IMG/VR virus record: IMGVR_UViG_3300019458_000020
Location: 186,001-250,000 of that record
Strand: one strand, 5' to 3'
DNA length: 64,000 nt
A model generated the notes under the pieces. It was not told where the DNA came from, made no database searches, and was given only the letters and a program-made list of their open reading frames with translations. The position numbers and the translations under genes were made by a program. Below, one piece after another: positions 1 to 8,568 of this stretch. Position 1 is the first letter of the stretch, and each line of letters starts with the position of its first letter.

Positions 1-498
1 AAAATGCCATACACCGTTCCACAATACAGTAACTTTTATATCATCGACAATTATATATGCATCCCATCCATCAAACATTCTTTCATTTGTTTTTACGGAT
101 TGAAATCGATTTAGACATAAATTTGCAAATTGTATTTCGTTTAGGCTTCTTTTTATATTCTTTTGTTTTTCTACAGAAATTCTTCCTCCTAAACTCACTC
201 TATGAATCTTACACGATTTACTACAACACCGCCTTCTTTTTTTGGAATGAAATATTTTTGAACAATGATTACAAATTTTTTTCGAAGAACTTCTTTTAAA
301 TATTCCATCCGCCCATTGTTTTCGTGTTCTATCCGAACAGTTCTTTCGGTTGGATGAAGACTTATTATCATTTACAGAACATTGAATTTTACAATAAAAT
401 TTTTTCTATAATTTCTTTTTTAGATAATTGTATCTCTTTAATGAAGATAAAAAATTAGCTTTACAAAATGAACATTTTAAAGTTACAAGTGTTATCAC
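1..498 (-). CDS. Zn-finger + PD-(D/E)XK/Vsr-like putative homing endonuclease (runs off window end)
   Basis: Manual translation from GTG at 498: CxxC pairs, then RSLNEIQFANLC...MFDGWDAYIIVDDIKVTVLWNGVWHF; not in ORF track. Confidence 0.6.
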
Positions 499-502
499 AC
501 AT

Positions 503-715
503 TTATACTCTATCAACTTCTGGAGTCTCGTCTTTGAATTCTACAATACTCTGACATTCTTGAATATATCTTCTTCTAATACGATTATTTGAACAATCAC
601 AATGGTCTTCTGGACTCCAAAAATTATTCATATTACATCCATCGGCGTGAGGATTTTTATTCATAAATTCTCTAGCTAAACTTAATAGTTCTTCTGTAAC
701 AATATATTTTTTCAT
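503..715 (-). CDS. hypothetical protein
   Basis: ORF track (likely start MKKYIV at 715), packed with neighbours. Confidence 0.55.
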   Translation of the reverse strand: MKKYIVTEELLSLAREFMNKNPHADGCNMNNFWSPEDHCDCSNNRIRRRYIQECQSIVEFKDETPEVDRV

Positions 716-825
716 AATTCTTCGAGATAAAATCCAGCCGAAGGCCAAGTTTTAAAATTAACTATAGCATTTTGACGGTCCGTTTCACTCATAATCATTG
801 TAGGGAAAATGGATACACATATTCC

Positions 826-1284
826 TTACCTAATAGATACCATTTTGACCACTCCATTTTTCATTCTCATGAATACAGGCAAAGCCTTATATCCTTCCAA
901 TACACTAGAATTTTTATCCACTCTTGCTAAAGAATTCACCAATTCTTTTAAATCATTTAGACGCATTTGTGATTCCATATATTTGTTCATTTTTTCGGAT
1001 ACGAGAAATATTTTCTCCATGTGAGTCAATTGTTTAATCTGATGTTCTCTTTTCATGGCTTCCGACTTTGTAGGAAATTCTTCTTGATACAATAATACAA
1101 CAGGCAACCTTCCTCGTGTATATTTTGCCCCTTTGCCAGCATTATGTTTCAAAACTCTGGCATCAACGTCATTTGTGTATCCGGTATATAATGTATTATC
1201 CGAACAAATGACTATATAAACGTAAAATTTCGTTCTTATCTGAATACGATTTTTACGATTTTGGTTGCGTCGTCGGTTGTCCAT
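826..1284 (-). CDS. GIY-YIG nuclease, YazA/YhbQ (UPF0213) family
   Basis: [20 protein letters not shown]...[16 protein letters not shown]...[10 protein letters not shown]. Confidence 0.9.
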   Translation of the reverse strand: MDNRRRNQNRKNRIQIRTKFYVYIVICSDNTLYTGYTNDVDARVLKHNAGKGAKYTRGRLPVVLLYQEEFPTKSEAMKREHQIKQLTHMEKIFLVSEKMNKYMESQMRLNDLKELVNSLARVDKNSSVLEGYKALPVFMRMKNGVVKMVSIR

Positions 1285-1430
1285 GTATTACTTTCTGGAA
1301 TGTAATTAGAAAACTTTAATAAATATGGTTCCATTGTTCGGCTTAATTCACACGTACCTTCATGGGGAGTAATAGAAACCATACCATCTATTATGGTCTT
1401 CATGTGATTTAATTTTTCTGTTTCATTCAT
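1236..1430 (-). CDS. hypothetical protein
   Basis: ORF track, operon packing. Confidence 0.5.
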   Translation of the reverse strand: MNETEKLNHMKTIIDGMVSITPHEGTCELSRTMEPYLLKFSNYIPESNTWTTDDATKIVKIVFR

Positions 1431-1693
1431 AATTTTCTTACTTTATTCAACCATTTATTGAAATTATCGTCGTATTCTCCCAATTTACAATTAGGTTCTG
1501 GCTTCAAATTCTCACCGTTCAATAAATACTTATAAACTTCGTGAAAAAATTCCGCACCAAATCTTGTAGAAAAAATAAAAGGAGACTGAAATCTAATATA
1601 AAATTCTCTCTTTAATTTTACGTAATCGACTGCATATTGTTGTGATTGTGACAACAATTTCATGGCATCAGAACAAAATATTATATCATTCAT
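1427..1693 (-). CDS. hypothetical protein
   Basis: ORF track, ATGA overlap. Confidence 0.65.
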   Translation of the reverse strand: MNDIIFCSDAMKLLSQSQQYAVDYVKLKREFYIRFQSPFIFSTRFGAEFFHEVYKYLLNGENLKPEPNCKLGEYDDNFNKWLNKVRKL

Positions 1694-2003
1694 TGGAATT
1701 TTTATTTAATGAATCTACCATGAATTTTAAAAATGGTAAAGTATTCATATCTACTGCACCATCTCTTTCTAATACTACTCCTTCTCCTAAATTCCAAGGA
1801 TGTCCTTCACGACTCATTAAATTTGACCAAATTCCCATCCTTTTAACCGATTCTTGCCATTCTTCTTTTGAATAAATAAAATTTCTTTTGAATAGTTGCC
1901 ACGTTAATGGGTCTTTTTCTTCCCACCTACTCAATTCTATAAAGTATAGTGGTTTATCATCACTATCTTTATATTCCGGATAAATTTCAAATGTATGTCT
2001 CAT
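1686..2003 (-). CDS. hypothetical protein
   Basis: ORF track, overlapping starts/stops. Confidence 0.7.
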   Translation of the reverse strand: MRHTFEIYPEYKDSDDKPLYFIELSRWEEKDPLTWQLFKRNFIYSKEEWQESVKRMGIWSNLMSREGHPWNLGEGVVLERDGAVDMNTLPFLKFMVDSLNKNSNE

Positions 2004-2239
2004 TATTCTCCTCTTTCTATTACAATTTTATCCGGAGTCACATACCTTAACCAAGATTCTGGAATACACCCTCTATTAATAAATCTTCCGTCTGTTGATT
2101 GAAAAATAATTTTCATAAATAAATTAGCTACGGCTTCTGTTTCCGTTTCTCCTTGACCAACAGGCGGCGAACCTGGCAAATCTAACATGTCAGCTCGAAA
2201 CGTTTTTCCATCATTATATTTTTCTATTTTAATTTTCAT
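2003..2239 (-). CDS. HicB-like antitoxin N-terminal domain protein
   Basis: FRADMLDLPGSPPVGQGETETEAVANL resembles HicB xPDLPGxxxxGxTxxEA motif. Confidence 0.5.
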   Translation of the reverse strand: MKIKIEKYNDGKTFRADMLDLPGSPPVGQGETETEAVANLFMKIIFQSTDGRFINRGCIPESWLRYVTPDKIVIERGE

Positions 2240-2242
2240 ATA

Positions 2243-2509
2243 TCATTGTCTTTCTCCTTCTTCAAATGCAGACTTTGTAGCATTTTTCATAACAATCAAT
2301 TCATTCAAAGTAATATTATGTCTCATTTCAACGTATGCCTCAATAGCACCAATTAAATCACACAATTCAACCAACTTCATTACCGGATTACCTTGTTCGA
2401 TAGCATCCAAAAATTCTTCGTATTCCTCTCTTATTTTGGAAGTCTCTCCCAATACACCTTTTTGAATTTTTCTTTTATGGTATCCCATATCATTTAATAA
2501 GTTGTTCAA
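2243..2509 (-). CDS. MazG-like NTP pyrophosphohydrolase
   Basis: KIREEYEEFLDA...VELCDLIGAIE (EExxE...ExxD pattern). Confidence 0.65.
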   Translation of the reverse strand: MNNLLNDMGYHKRKIQKGVLGETSKIREEYEEFLDAIEQGNPVMKLVELCDLIGAIEAYVEMRHNITLNELIVMKNATKSAFEEGERQ

Positions 2510-2720
2510 TTACACCAAATAATTCTTCTTTTTCTCTCTTAACAGAGAATGGACATGTGGGTTGATAGTTTTTTGGGTAAACTATTTCGGATTGATTTAA
2601 TTTCAATTGAATAAATCCTAAACCAAAATAATGAATAAGTTCATGATTTTTTACCAACCAATCAATATCTAAAAATTGTTTCAGATGTTCTACTCTTGAC
2701 ATATTATAATCCTTTTGCAC
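2490..2720 (-). CDS. hypothetical protein, possibly internally deleted
   Basis: ORF track; lies between aaRS-like and MazG-like genes. Confidence 0.5.
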   Translation of the reverse strand: MQKDYNMSRVEHLKQFLDIDWLVKNHELIHYFGLGFIQLKLNQSEIVYPKNYQPTCPFSVKREKEELFGVIEQLIK

Positions 2721-3267
2721 GACTTAATCTTGGTTCTGCAACACCGGTTCCATATACCCAAGAAATAAAGGAACATGACCGAATTCCATAACTTCCTAGT
2801 TCAATATTCTTATAGACTATATCGAAGGTTCCGTTTTTTAAATCAACCACATCTACATCCACCCACTGACGGAAAAAAGATAATGCATCATCAATTACCG
2901 ATGATAATGTGCCGACATTAACAAAATCTGTAATCATTAGTTCATTCTTCATAAAATATTTATGATTCCATTGAGTAATGGATTCTTCACGAAAACAGGG
3001 AGTGATTGTTTGAAATTTTCCTTTTGGTAAATGTCCTAAATTATATAAAGAAAGTAGTGATTGTTCTCCGGATGCTACTAACACTTCATCTTTTTCTTTA
3101 ATAGTAAAAAATGGATATCCTGGTGGTGTAGTAATCTCAGAAATTTTTCTAGGAATATACCAAGGAGATTCAATTTGTTTATATCCCCTCGCTTCATAAT
3201 ATTCTACCGACTTAGCAAGTATTGAATAATCAATCATATTACTTTTGTTTCTTTTTCTTTTCGTCAC
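2704..3267 (-). CDS. minimal class II aminoacyl-tRNA synthetase-like protein (catalytic core only)
   Basis: motif 1-like GYKQIESP, LVASGEQS, motif 2 TPCFREE...FMKNEL, IELGSYG, motif 3 YGTGVAEPRL; 187 aa. Confidence 0.75.
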   Translation of the reverse strand: MTKRKRNKSNMIDYSILAKSVEYYEARGYKQIESPWYIPRKISEITTPPGYPFFTIKEKDEVLVASGEQSLLSLYNLGHLPKGKFQTITPCFREESITQWNHKYFMKNELMITDFVNVGTLSSVIDDALSFFRQWVDVDVVDLKNGTFDIVYKNIELGSYGIRSCSFISWVYGTGVAEPRLSRAKGL

Positions 3268-3565
3268 GTTTTCTTACACACGGTTCACAGACAAAAGAAT
3301 TTTCGTCTTCTGCTGCTAAGAACGGAAGTTGAGCCATGCAGTCTTCGCATTTAAGTATTTTAAGTTCAAAGTTAAAAACCTGTTGGGGAGGAAAGGGCCT
3401 TATCATCGCCACCAATTTGGGAGAATATTCCACATGAACACACATACTATTTGTGCCCACATAAGTATGTTGTCCAAAGACCCCTTTAAGGACATCTTCG
3501 ACGCCCCTAAATCGGTCAAATGAATTGGGTTTAAAGGTAACTTCCATCATCGAAAGATACCACAC
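3239..3565 (-). CDS. hypothetical protein with CxxC...CxxC
   Basis: ORF track; CEDC and CEPC. Confidence 0.55.
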   Translation of the reverse strand: MWYLSMMEVTFKPNSFDRFRGVEDVLKGVFGQHTYVGTNSMCVHVEYSPKLVAMIRPFPPQQVFNFELKILKCEDCMAQLPFLAAEDENSFVCEPCVRKRDEKKKKQK

Positions 3566-3577
3566 TATTTTTATATG

Positions 3578-3835
3578 TCAATCTTCTATTTGAAGGTCTT
3601 TGGGGATAAGACCTGCCCTGACTGCCACTCTATAACTTCCTTTAGAATGTGATTTAAGAACAATCTGTTCCATATCCTCTTTGGGAATATTCGGATATAC
3701 ACGAAGTAATTCGTCTATGAGTTTTCTCATTTCCTCAAATGACTCACTTACATCTTTACGTATTCATTCTAATTTATCATCATCCAATTGATTCTTTTGT
3801 TGTAAAAAATTATTTATCAACCCTGAAAATTTCAT
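3578..3835 (-). pseudogene. small ORF interrupted by in-frame TGA
   Basis: MKFSG...DKLE-TGA(3766-3764)-IRKDVSES...LQIED*; fills the gap between neighbours. Confidence 0.5.
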
Positions 3836-3837
3836 AA

Positions 3838-4134
3838 TTAACTATACTTTCTTTTATTTCTGTCATTTCCTCGGTCCGACTTATAAACAACATCTACAGG
3901 TTGTTTTAGTCGCCACTTTAAGAACTTTTGAAATTTTTCAGTAGATAGTATGGTTTCTACTGTATTATATACATCTCTCAATTCATTATGTGACCACGTT
4001 TTGTGAATGAAATCCTCACAAGTTTCGCATGTAGAAACAATAATCACTCCGTCTTTTGACCGAGGAATAAGATGATGTCCTCTTGTATAAGTTACAAGTT
4101 TACAAAATACACATTCATTAACTTGTCCGGCCAT
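3838..4134 (-). CDS. HNH endonuclease-like protein
   Basis: CVFC...HHLIPRSKDG...TCETCEDFIH. Confidence 0.7.
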   Translation of the reverse strand: MAGQVNECVFCKLVTYTRGHHLIPRSKDGVIIVSTCETCEDFIHKTWSHNELRDVYNTVETILSTEKFQKFLKWRLKQPVDVVYKSDRGNDRNKRKYS

Positions 4135-4422
4135 ATTAGTCTTCTACCAACCAACCGTCTCTCGTTTTGAGAATATAAGTCAAATCGATATCATTTAATA
4201 GAATTGCTAATTGTCCACTATTCATATCTTTGGGGCGACTATCATAACTCGAAAAAACAACCTTTGTATTGTCTTCTAAAATTAAATCAACAATCATTCC
4301 ATGCTATAATCATCTTGAATAGAAACTATCTCCGTTTCGAGAACGATTCTGTTTTTCAATAACTGATTAATGGATTCTTCTATACTCACGGTAGAATACA
4401 CTACCATGAATTATAATATTTG

Positions 4423-4806
4423 TCAACGACCCAAGACTTTATTTACCCTCTTCCATTTTTCATGAAGAGATTCTGCTGCTATCGGTAATTCTTGGGTTTT
4501 TTGTAACTGTTCCGGAGTAAAAATTCCGTTTTTATAGTGTTGAACCAATTCTGGTTTATTAGATAAATCCAATTTCGCAGCATCTTGATCTTTCTTGGCA
4601 TTTTCAATCTTTTGTTGAATGTCTGCGTCGGTAATAGAGGGTATGTCTTTTTGTGTGGCCTTCCAAAATTCTCCAATATGTCTTGGACACATTCCATGAG
4701 AAAACTTGATGCCTTGTTCCTTATTAGCCTTTTCAACGGCTGGAGTCAAGCCAAATTCTCGTTGACACTGAGCACAGATTCTTACCAAAGTAGGTTCCAT
4801 ATTCAA
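4423..4806 (-). CDS. hypothetical Zn-binding protein
   Basis: CAQC...SHGMCPRH. Confidence 0.65.
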   Translation of the reverse strand: MNMEPTLVRICAQCQREFGLTPAVEKANKEQGIKFSHGMCPRHIGEFWKATQKDIPSITDADIQQKIENAKKDQDAAKLDLSNKPELVQHYKNGIFTPEQLQKTQELPIAAESLHEKWKRVNKVLGR

Positions 4807-4854
4807 TAAATATAGGTTATAACTACTTCACCTTTAAATAAATGTACAAAACAA

Positions 4855-4884
4855 ATGGCCACGACGTTTATTCCGTGGCCATTG
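4855..4884 (-). terminator. intrinsic terminator
   Basis: AATGGCCACG-N10-CGTGGCCATT hairpin followed by TTGTTTT on minus strand. Confidence 0.7.
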
Positions 4885-4902
4885 TTGGTTGATTGTTAAT
4901 TA

Positions 4903-5034
4903 TTAGCGTTTCTTGTCGATTTTATCAACATGAGAATCCACCTTGGCTTTGATTTTTGGGTTGTTTCTCAATACGAGATACAAACCAATTCCGCCACCAA
5001 TTACACCGAGTACTACTAATACGAACGTTAACAT
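4903..5034 (-). CDS. small membrane protein (43 aa)
   Basis: MLTFVLVVLGVIGGGIGLYLVLRNNPK...; AGGAGG SD upstream. Confidence 0.7.
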   Translation of the reverse strand: MLTFVLVVLGVIGGGIGLYLVLRNNPKIKAKVDSHVDKIDKKR

Positions 5035-5160
5035 AATTTACCTCCTATGTTTGGTAGTTTTCGTTACCTACATGCAACGATTTCACTACTATATAAATAT
5101 TAAAAATTAAGGTCAATATTGAAAAAATTTCATCAATCTAACCTGATGAATATAACCAAT

Positions 5161-5853
5161 TTAAGAAGTTACAGAAAGTTGCCAGGATAACTCTTTGAAT
5201 GACTCCCACCCGTTAGGCAATTCTATTAATTTATCGAATCCAAAGAAACCCGTTTTAGTGGTATTTTCGGCAATCATAATAAGATTCTCGTCACAATATG
5301 TTTGTAATACTTCCGGAGATGCTATACCTAACAACCAAACGTTTTTTGTGTCGGTAACTCCGATTACATTTGGACATTTATATCGTTTACCTACATGATT
5401 ACCTACACCACAAATATAATATCTCGATTCTTTAAATATCAGAGGAACGTTATTCACTGAAGACCCTTTTATATCACAACAAACTCCAACCGGAAGAAGG
5501 TCCGGATGATTTTTTAAAGAAGACTTTTTTACAATAGAATCATCAAATTGCCACTCCCTTTTATATTTTTTCAGTAATGCGTATTCGATGGTGGCTCCGG
5601 TCATCTCTCTTTTAATCCGCCTGTTGGCATCTATACCATTCCACTCAATATCTTTTGCTTTTGCTTTGTTCTTAGCAAATTCCTCAATCTTTTTCCAATC
5701 TGATTGAGTCAATAATACTTGATTGGATTTTATGAGTTTTGGTTGAATGAGTTGTTCGGTAACAAAATTGTTAAAGATAATACGATTGGTTTTGGAGAGT
5801 TTCTCTCCCGGAGTCTTTTGAATATACTCGTAAAATTCTTTGTAATAACTCAT
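5161..5853 (-). CDS. hypothetical protein, possible PD-(D/E)XK nuclease
   Basis: E...PD...DIKG spacing; immediately downstream of tRNA-Ala. Confidence 0.45.
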   Translation of the reverse strand: MSYYKEFYEYIQKTPGEKLSKTNRIIFNNFVTEQLIQPKLIKSNQVLLTQSDWKKIEEFAKNKAKAKDIEWNGIDANRRIKREMTGATIEYALLKKYKREWQFDDSIVKKSSLKNHPDLLPVGVCCDIKGSSVNNVPLIFKESRYYICGVGNHVGKRYKCPNVIGVTDTKNVWLLGIASPEVLQTYCDENLIMIAENTTKTGFFGFDKLIELPNGWESFKELSWQLSVTS

Positions 5854-5858
5854 TTAAA

Positions 5859-5934
5859 TGGTGGAGCCACGGGGATTCGAACCCCGGACCTATAGCTTGC
5901 AAAGCTACCGCTCTACCAACTGAGCTATGGCCCC
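5859..5934 (-). tRNA. tRNA-Ala(UGC)
   Basis: GGGGCCA/TGGCTCC acceptor with G3:U70, loop TT-TGC-AA, CCA. Confidence 0.97.
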
Positions 5935-5944
5935 ATTATAAAAC

Positions 5945-6030
5945 TTCGTTCGTGGGCACTCGATTCAACTGTTTTCCTTTACTTCCAGTGTGCCCACTGT
6001 GGGATAACTTGCGGTCGATCGACACGAACT
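5945..6030 (-). ncRNA. unassigned structured RNA between tRNAs
   Basis: GTGGGCAC/GTGCCCAC and GTTCGTG/CACGAAC stems; no ORF. Confidence 0.35.
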
Positions 6031-6037
6031 ACTAATC

Positions 6038-6121
6038 TGGTGGTCATGAAGGGAATTGCACCCCTACGGATTACTCCATTAGTTCCTAAGACTAACGCGG
6101 CTGCTATTACGCCACATGACC
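6038..6121 (-). tRNA. tRNA-Leu(UAG)
   Basis: GGTCATG/CATGACC, loop CT-TAG-GA, long variable arm, atypical T loop, CCA. Confidence 0.9.
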
Positions 6122-6174
6122 AAAATCAAAACGACTGGAATCGCTACGAGTAATATTCCTCGCCGGGGCTAACG

Positions 6175-6370
6175 GCCATCCAATCACACCCTACGTTGTT
6201 ATCCCAAGTTCAACGCTTTACATCGCTTGGGCGAAATTTGTGTGAGGCATTTCACCCCACGGATCGGTTCTTCACCAATTCTTTCGGAATACTTTCAAGG
6301 TTGTGCTGAACTACTTGAACATATCCGACTTTTCATTAGTCACCATTCACGTTACAGCACCGATGATGGC
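6175..6370 (-). ncRNA. unassigned structured RNA (~195 nt) between tRNAs
   Basis: GCCATC/GATGGC closing stem, internal hairpins, GC-richer than flanks. Confidence 0.4.
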
Positions 6371-6382
6371 GAACTTAAAATC

Positions 6383-6456
6383 TGGTAGGGTCTAACGGTT
6401 ACGCTCCGTTGTCTCAATCGTGTCAGGATTGGATTTTACTATTAAAATAAGACCCT
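6383..6456 (-). tRNA. tRNA-Val(GAC), atypical
   Basis: AGGGTCT/AGACCCT, loop CT-GAC-AC, T loop AGCGTAA, CCA. Confidence 0.8.
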
Positions 6457-6510
6457 AATCTATCAATAACTATATATCATACTTGAAAAAGTCAAGTAAA
6501 ATATATTAAC

Positions 6511-7128
6511 TTACACAAACATTACCAACCATACAGCTAGAAAAAACACCAAATAACACGCTCCATACGCTGCTAACCAATCTTCGTGTGGAGGATCTTC
6601 TACGCTTCCATAAGTTACTTTCCTTCTAAAAAATCCCAATTTTTCACAAGAAGTTATTTTTCCCATTTTCTTCCTAACACAATTTCTATAAACGGTAAGA
6701 ATATAAAAAGGAGTAATGACTAACCAAACAAGAAAACCTACCAATACTCTTACAGTCGATTTCACAAGGCCTTGAACATCGTTGGCCATAATTTTCCATG
6801 ATACCAAGAACATTGCTAATTTTCCAGCAGGAGATTGTGCAAACTTTTCAGCATCACTACTAACCGTTCCCCAACATTCCTTAAAAGCGGAACCAAAAGC
6901 CTTACCGATATCGGCATACTTTTCGATTTTTTCGGGCGTCACTTCAACGGATTTAGCCTGAGTCATTTTTTCTTTGATGGACCGATATACACGCAATTCA
7001 TTGTCATCCAATTTAGTAATATCAACATCTAAAGCATCCTTTTGTTGAGCAAAAGACGATAAACACGAAATTATAAGGAGTATAGCAAATAACATTTTTT
7101 TCATAGTTAACTTACTATACCCCATCAC
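6511..7128 (-). CDS. membrane protein with signal peptide
   Basis: MKKMLFAILLIISCLSSFA; several hydrophobic segments. Confidence 0.75.
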   Translation of the reverse strand: MMGYSKLTMKKMLFAILLIISCLSSFAQQKDALDVDITKLDDNELRVYRSIKEKMTQAKSVEVTPEKIEKYADIGKAFGSAFKECWGTVSSDAEKFAQSPAGKLAMFLVSWKIMANDVQGLVKSTVRVLVGFLVWLVITPFYILTVYRNCVRKKMGKITSCEKLGFFRRKVTYGSVEDPPHEDWLAAYGACYLVFFLAVWLVMFV

Positions 7129-7137
7129 AACATATTG

Positions 7138-7617
7138 TCAAACTTTAATTTTCTTGAAGGCATCTTCCAGTCGTTGTTTTACTTCCGTTTTGATTCTCTC
7201 TTCTGCATAGTATTCCATTCGTTTTTCTACACGTTTTTCGATTTCAGCATCATTAGCCCAAAATTTTATAGCATCATCAACCGATTTACGAATCAATTCA
7301 TCGACGTGATTACGAACGAGGCTATCTATCTCCGTTTTAATAGCCGGATGAAGAGTGACCTTTTCTACCTGTCCGGCCCAATTTGTTTTAATTATACCTA
7401 CCTGAGAATTTGTTTCAGATATCATATCTTTTTCAATAGATGATTTCAAGCTGTTACAGAATTCTCTTATAGTTTCCGAATTTGCTACCGACTTTAAATG
7501 CTTTTCTGAAAACTTTTGGACAACAGAATTACGAATATCGACATCAACTTTTTCATCCCCACCAATAAGACGTTCCAACGCCTCTTTACTATTAATTTGT
7601 AATGTTAATTGACTCAT
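7138..7617 (-). CDS. hypothetical helical protein
   Basis: ORF track 159 aa. Confidence 0.75.
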   Translation of the reverse strand: MSQLTLQINSKEALERLIGGDEKVDVDIRNSVVQKFSEKHLKSVANSETIREFCNSLKSSIEKDMISETNSQVGIIKTNWAGQVEKVTLHPAIKTEIDSLVRNHVDELIRKSVDDAIKFWANDAEIEKRVEKRMEYYAEERIKTEVKQRLEDAFKKIKV

Positions 7618-7633
7618 ATTATAACCTTTCTTT

Positions 7634-8038
7634 TTAATTGTTTACTGTTTCTTTACTTACCAAATACTGACGATTGGCTTCTATTTTCGCCAACTTTAAT
7701 TCCTCTAACATTTGTGTAACAGTCTTTCTGTATTCATTGATAAGAGAATACCATCTTATAATTCCGTTAACATCTTTGTATTTGTTAAATACTAAAGAAT
7801 ATCTTTCATTTGTCTCTCGCAACTCTTTCTGGAATCCTTCTTGTAAATCCCACAACTCACGGTAATAATTGGATTTAGCTCCCCTTTTATTCATAATTTT
7901 TTCGGATTTGGAGAAAATTTGTGCGTGAATCTTACGAACAAATTTCATATCTCGAATAGATTCACTCAATTCGTTGTATTTTTTCTTCCAATCGCAACGA
8001 TAGGTTAAATATTCTTGTTTAGTCGTAAATGTTATCAT
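7634..8038 (-). CDS. hypothetical coiled-coil protein
   Basis: ORF track; ATGA overlap with pth2 stop. Confidence 0.75.
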   Translation of the reverse strand: MITFTTKQEYLTYRCDWKKKYNELSESIRDMKFVRKIHAQIFSKSEKIMNKRGAKSNYYRELWDLQEGFQKELRETNERYSLVFNKYKDVNGIIRWYSLINEYRKTVTQMLEELKLAKIEANRQYLVSKETVNN

Positions 8039-8427
8039 AGTAATTTTAGTTTATTTGTTATATGTTGAATTTGTTCTTTGGTAGCCGGTCCAATACCTAA
8101 AGCTGTGACTGTTGATTCACCACCAAAAAAGTTTGGACAACCAGAATCGACCACAACATAAGTGGATAATCCGGCTGCCTTGGCTTCATAAGCAATTCTA
8201 TGAAGTTCAGAGAGACTGGAAACTTTTAAACAAATTTTAGTTCCCGGAGATTGAGGAAAATCTTTATGATATTCGGATAAAGCATGTTGATTTTTACAAT
8301 TTAAAAAGGCACCCAAAAAGGCATGACCAGCTTGTGCGGCAATTTTACCAGGCTCCATACCCAAATCTGTTCGGATTAAGGCGTAAAGTCTGTATGTATT
8401 ACCTTGAGTCTAGTATTCGTTATTCAT
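8035..8427 (-). CDS. pth2: peptidyl-tRNA hydrolase Pth2 with in-frame UAG at codon 6
   Basis: ATG AAT AAC GAA TAC TAG ACT CAA GGT...; LYALIRTDLGMEPGKIAAQAGHA, VVVDSG, VTALGIGP motifs; ORF track starts only at TTG 8364. Confidence 0.9.
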
Positions 8428-8454
8428 AGTTTTATTGGTTGATGTTTGTGAAAT

Positions 8455-8509
8455 TGGCGGTTGGGCATTGACTTGAACAATGAGAGACAGCTAAACTGTC
8501 ATCCCAACC
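8455..8509 (-). ncRNA. D-armless mini tRNA-like RNA 3 (55 nt)
   Basis: GGTTGGG AT GACAG TTTAG CTGTC TCT CATTG TTCAAGT CAATG CCCAACC GCCA. Confidence 0.85.
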
Positions 8510-8510
8510 T

Positions 8511-8563
8511 TGGTGGTCAAGAGAAGTCCTACTTCTTGGATTTGATAAACAAATACCTTGACC
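8511..8563 (-). ncRNA. D-armless mini tRNA-like RNA 2 (53 nt)
   Basis: GGTCAAG GT ATTTG TTTAT CAAAT CCA AGAAG TAGGA CTTCT CTTGACC ACCA. Confidence 0.8.
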
Positions 8564-8568
8564 GAAAT

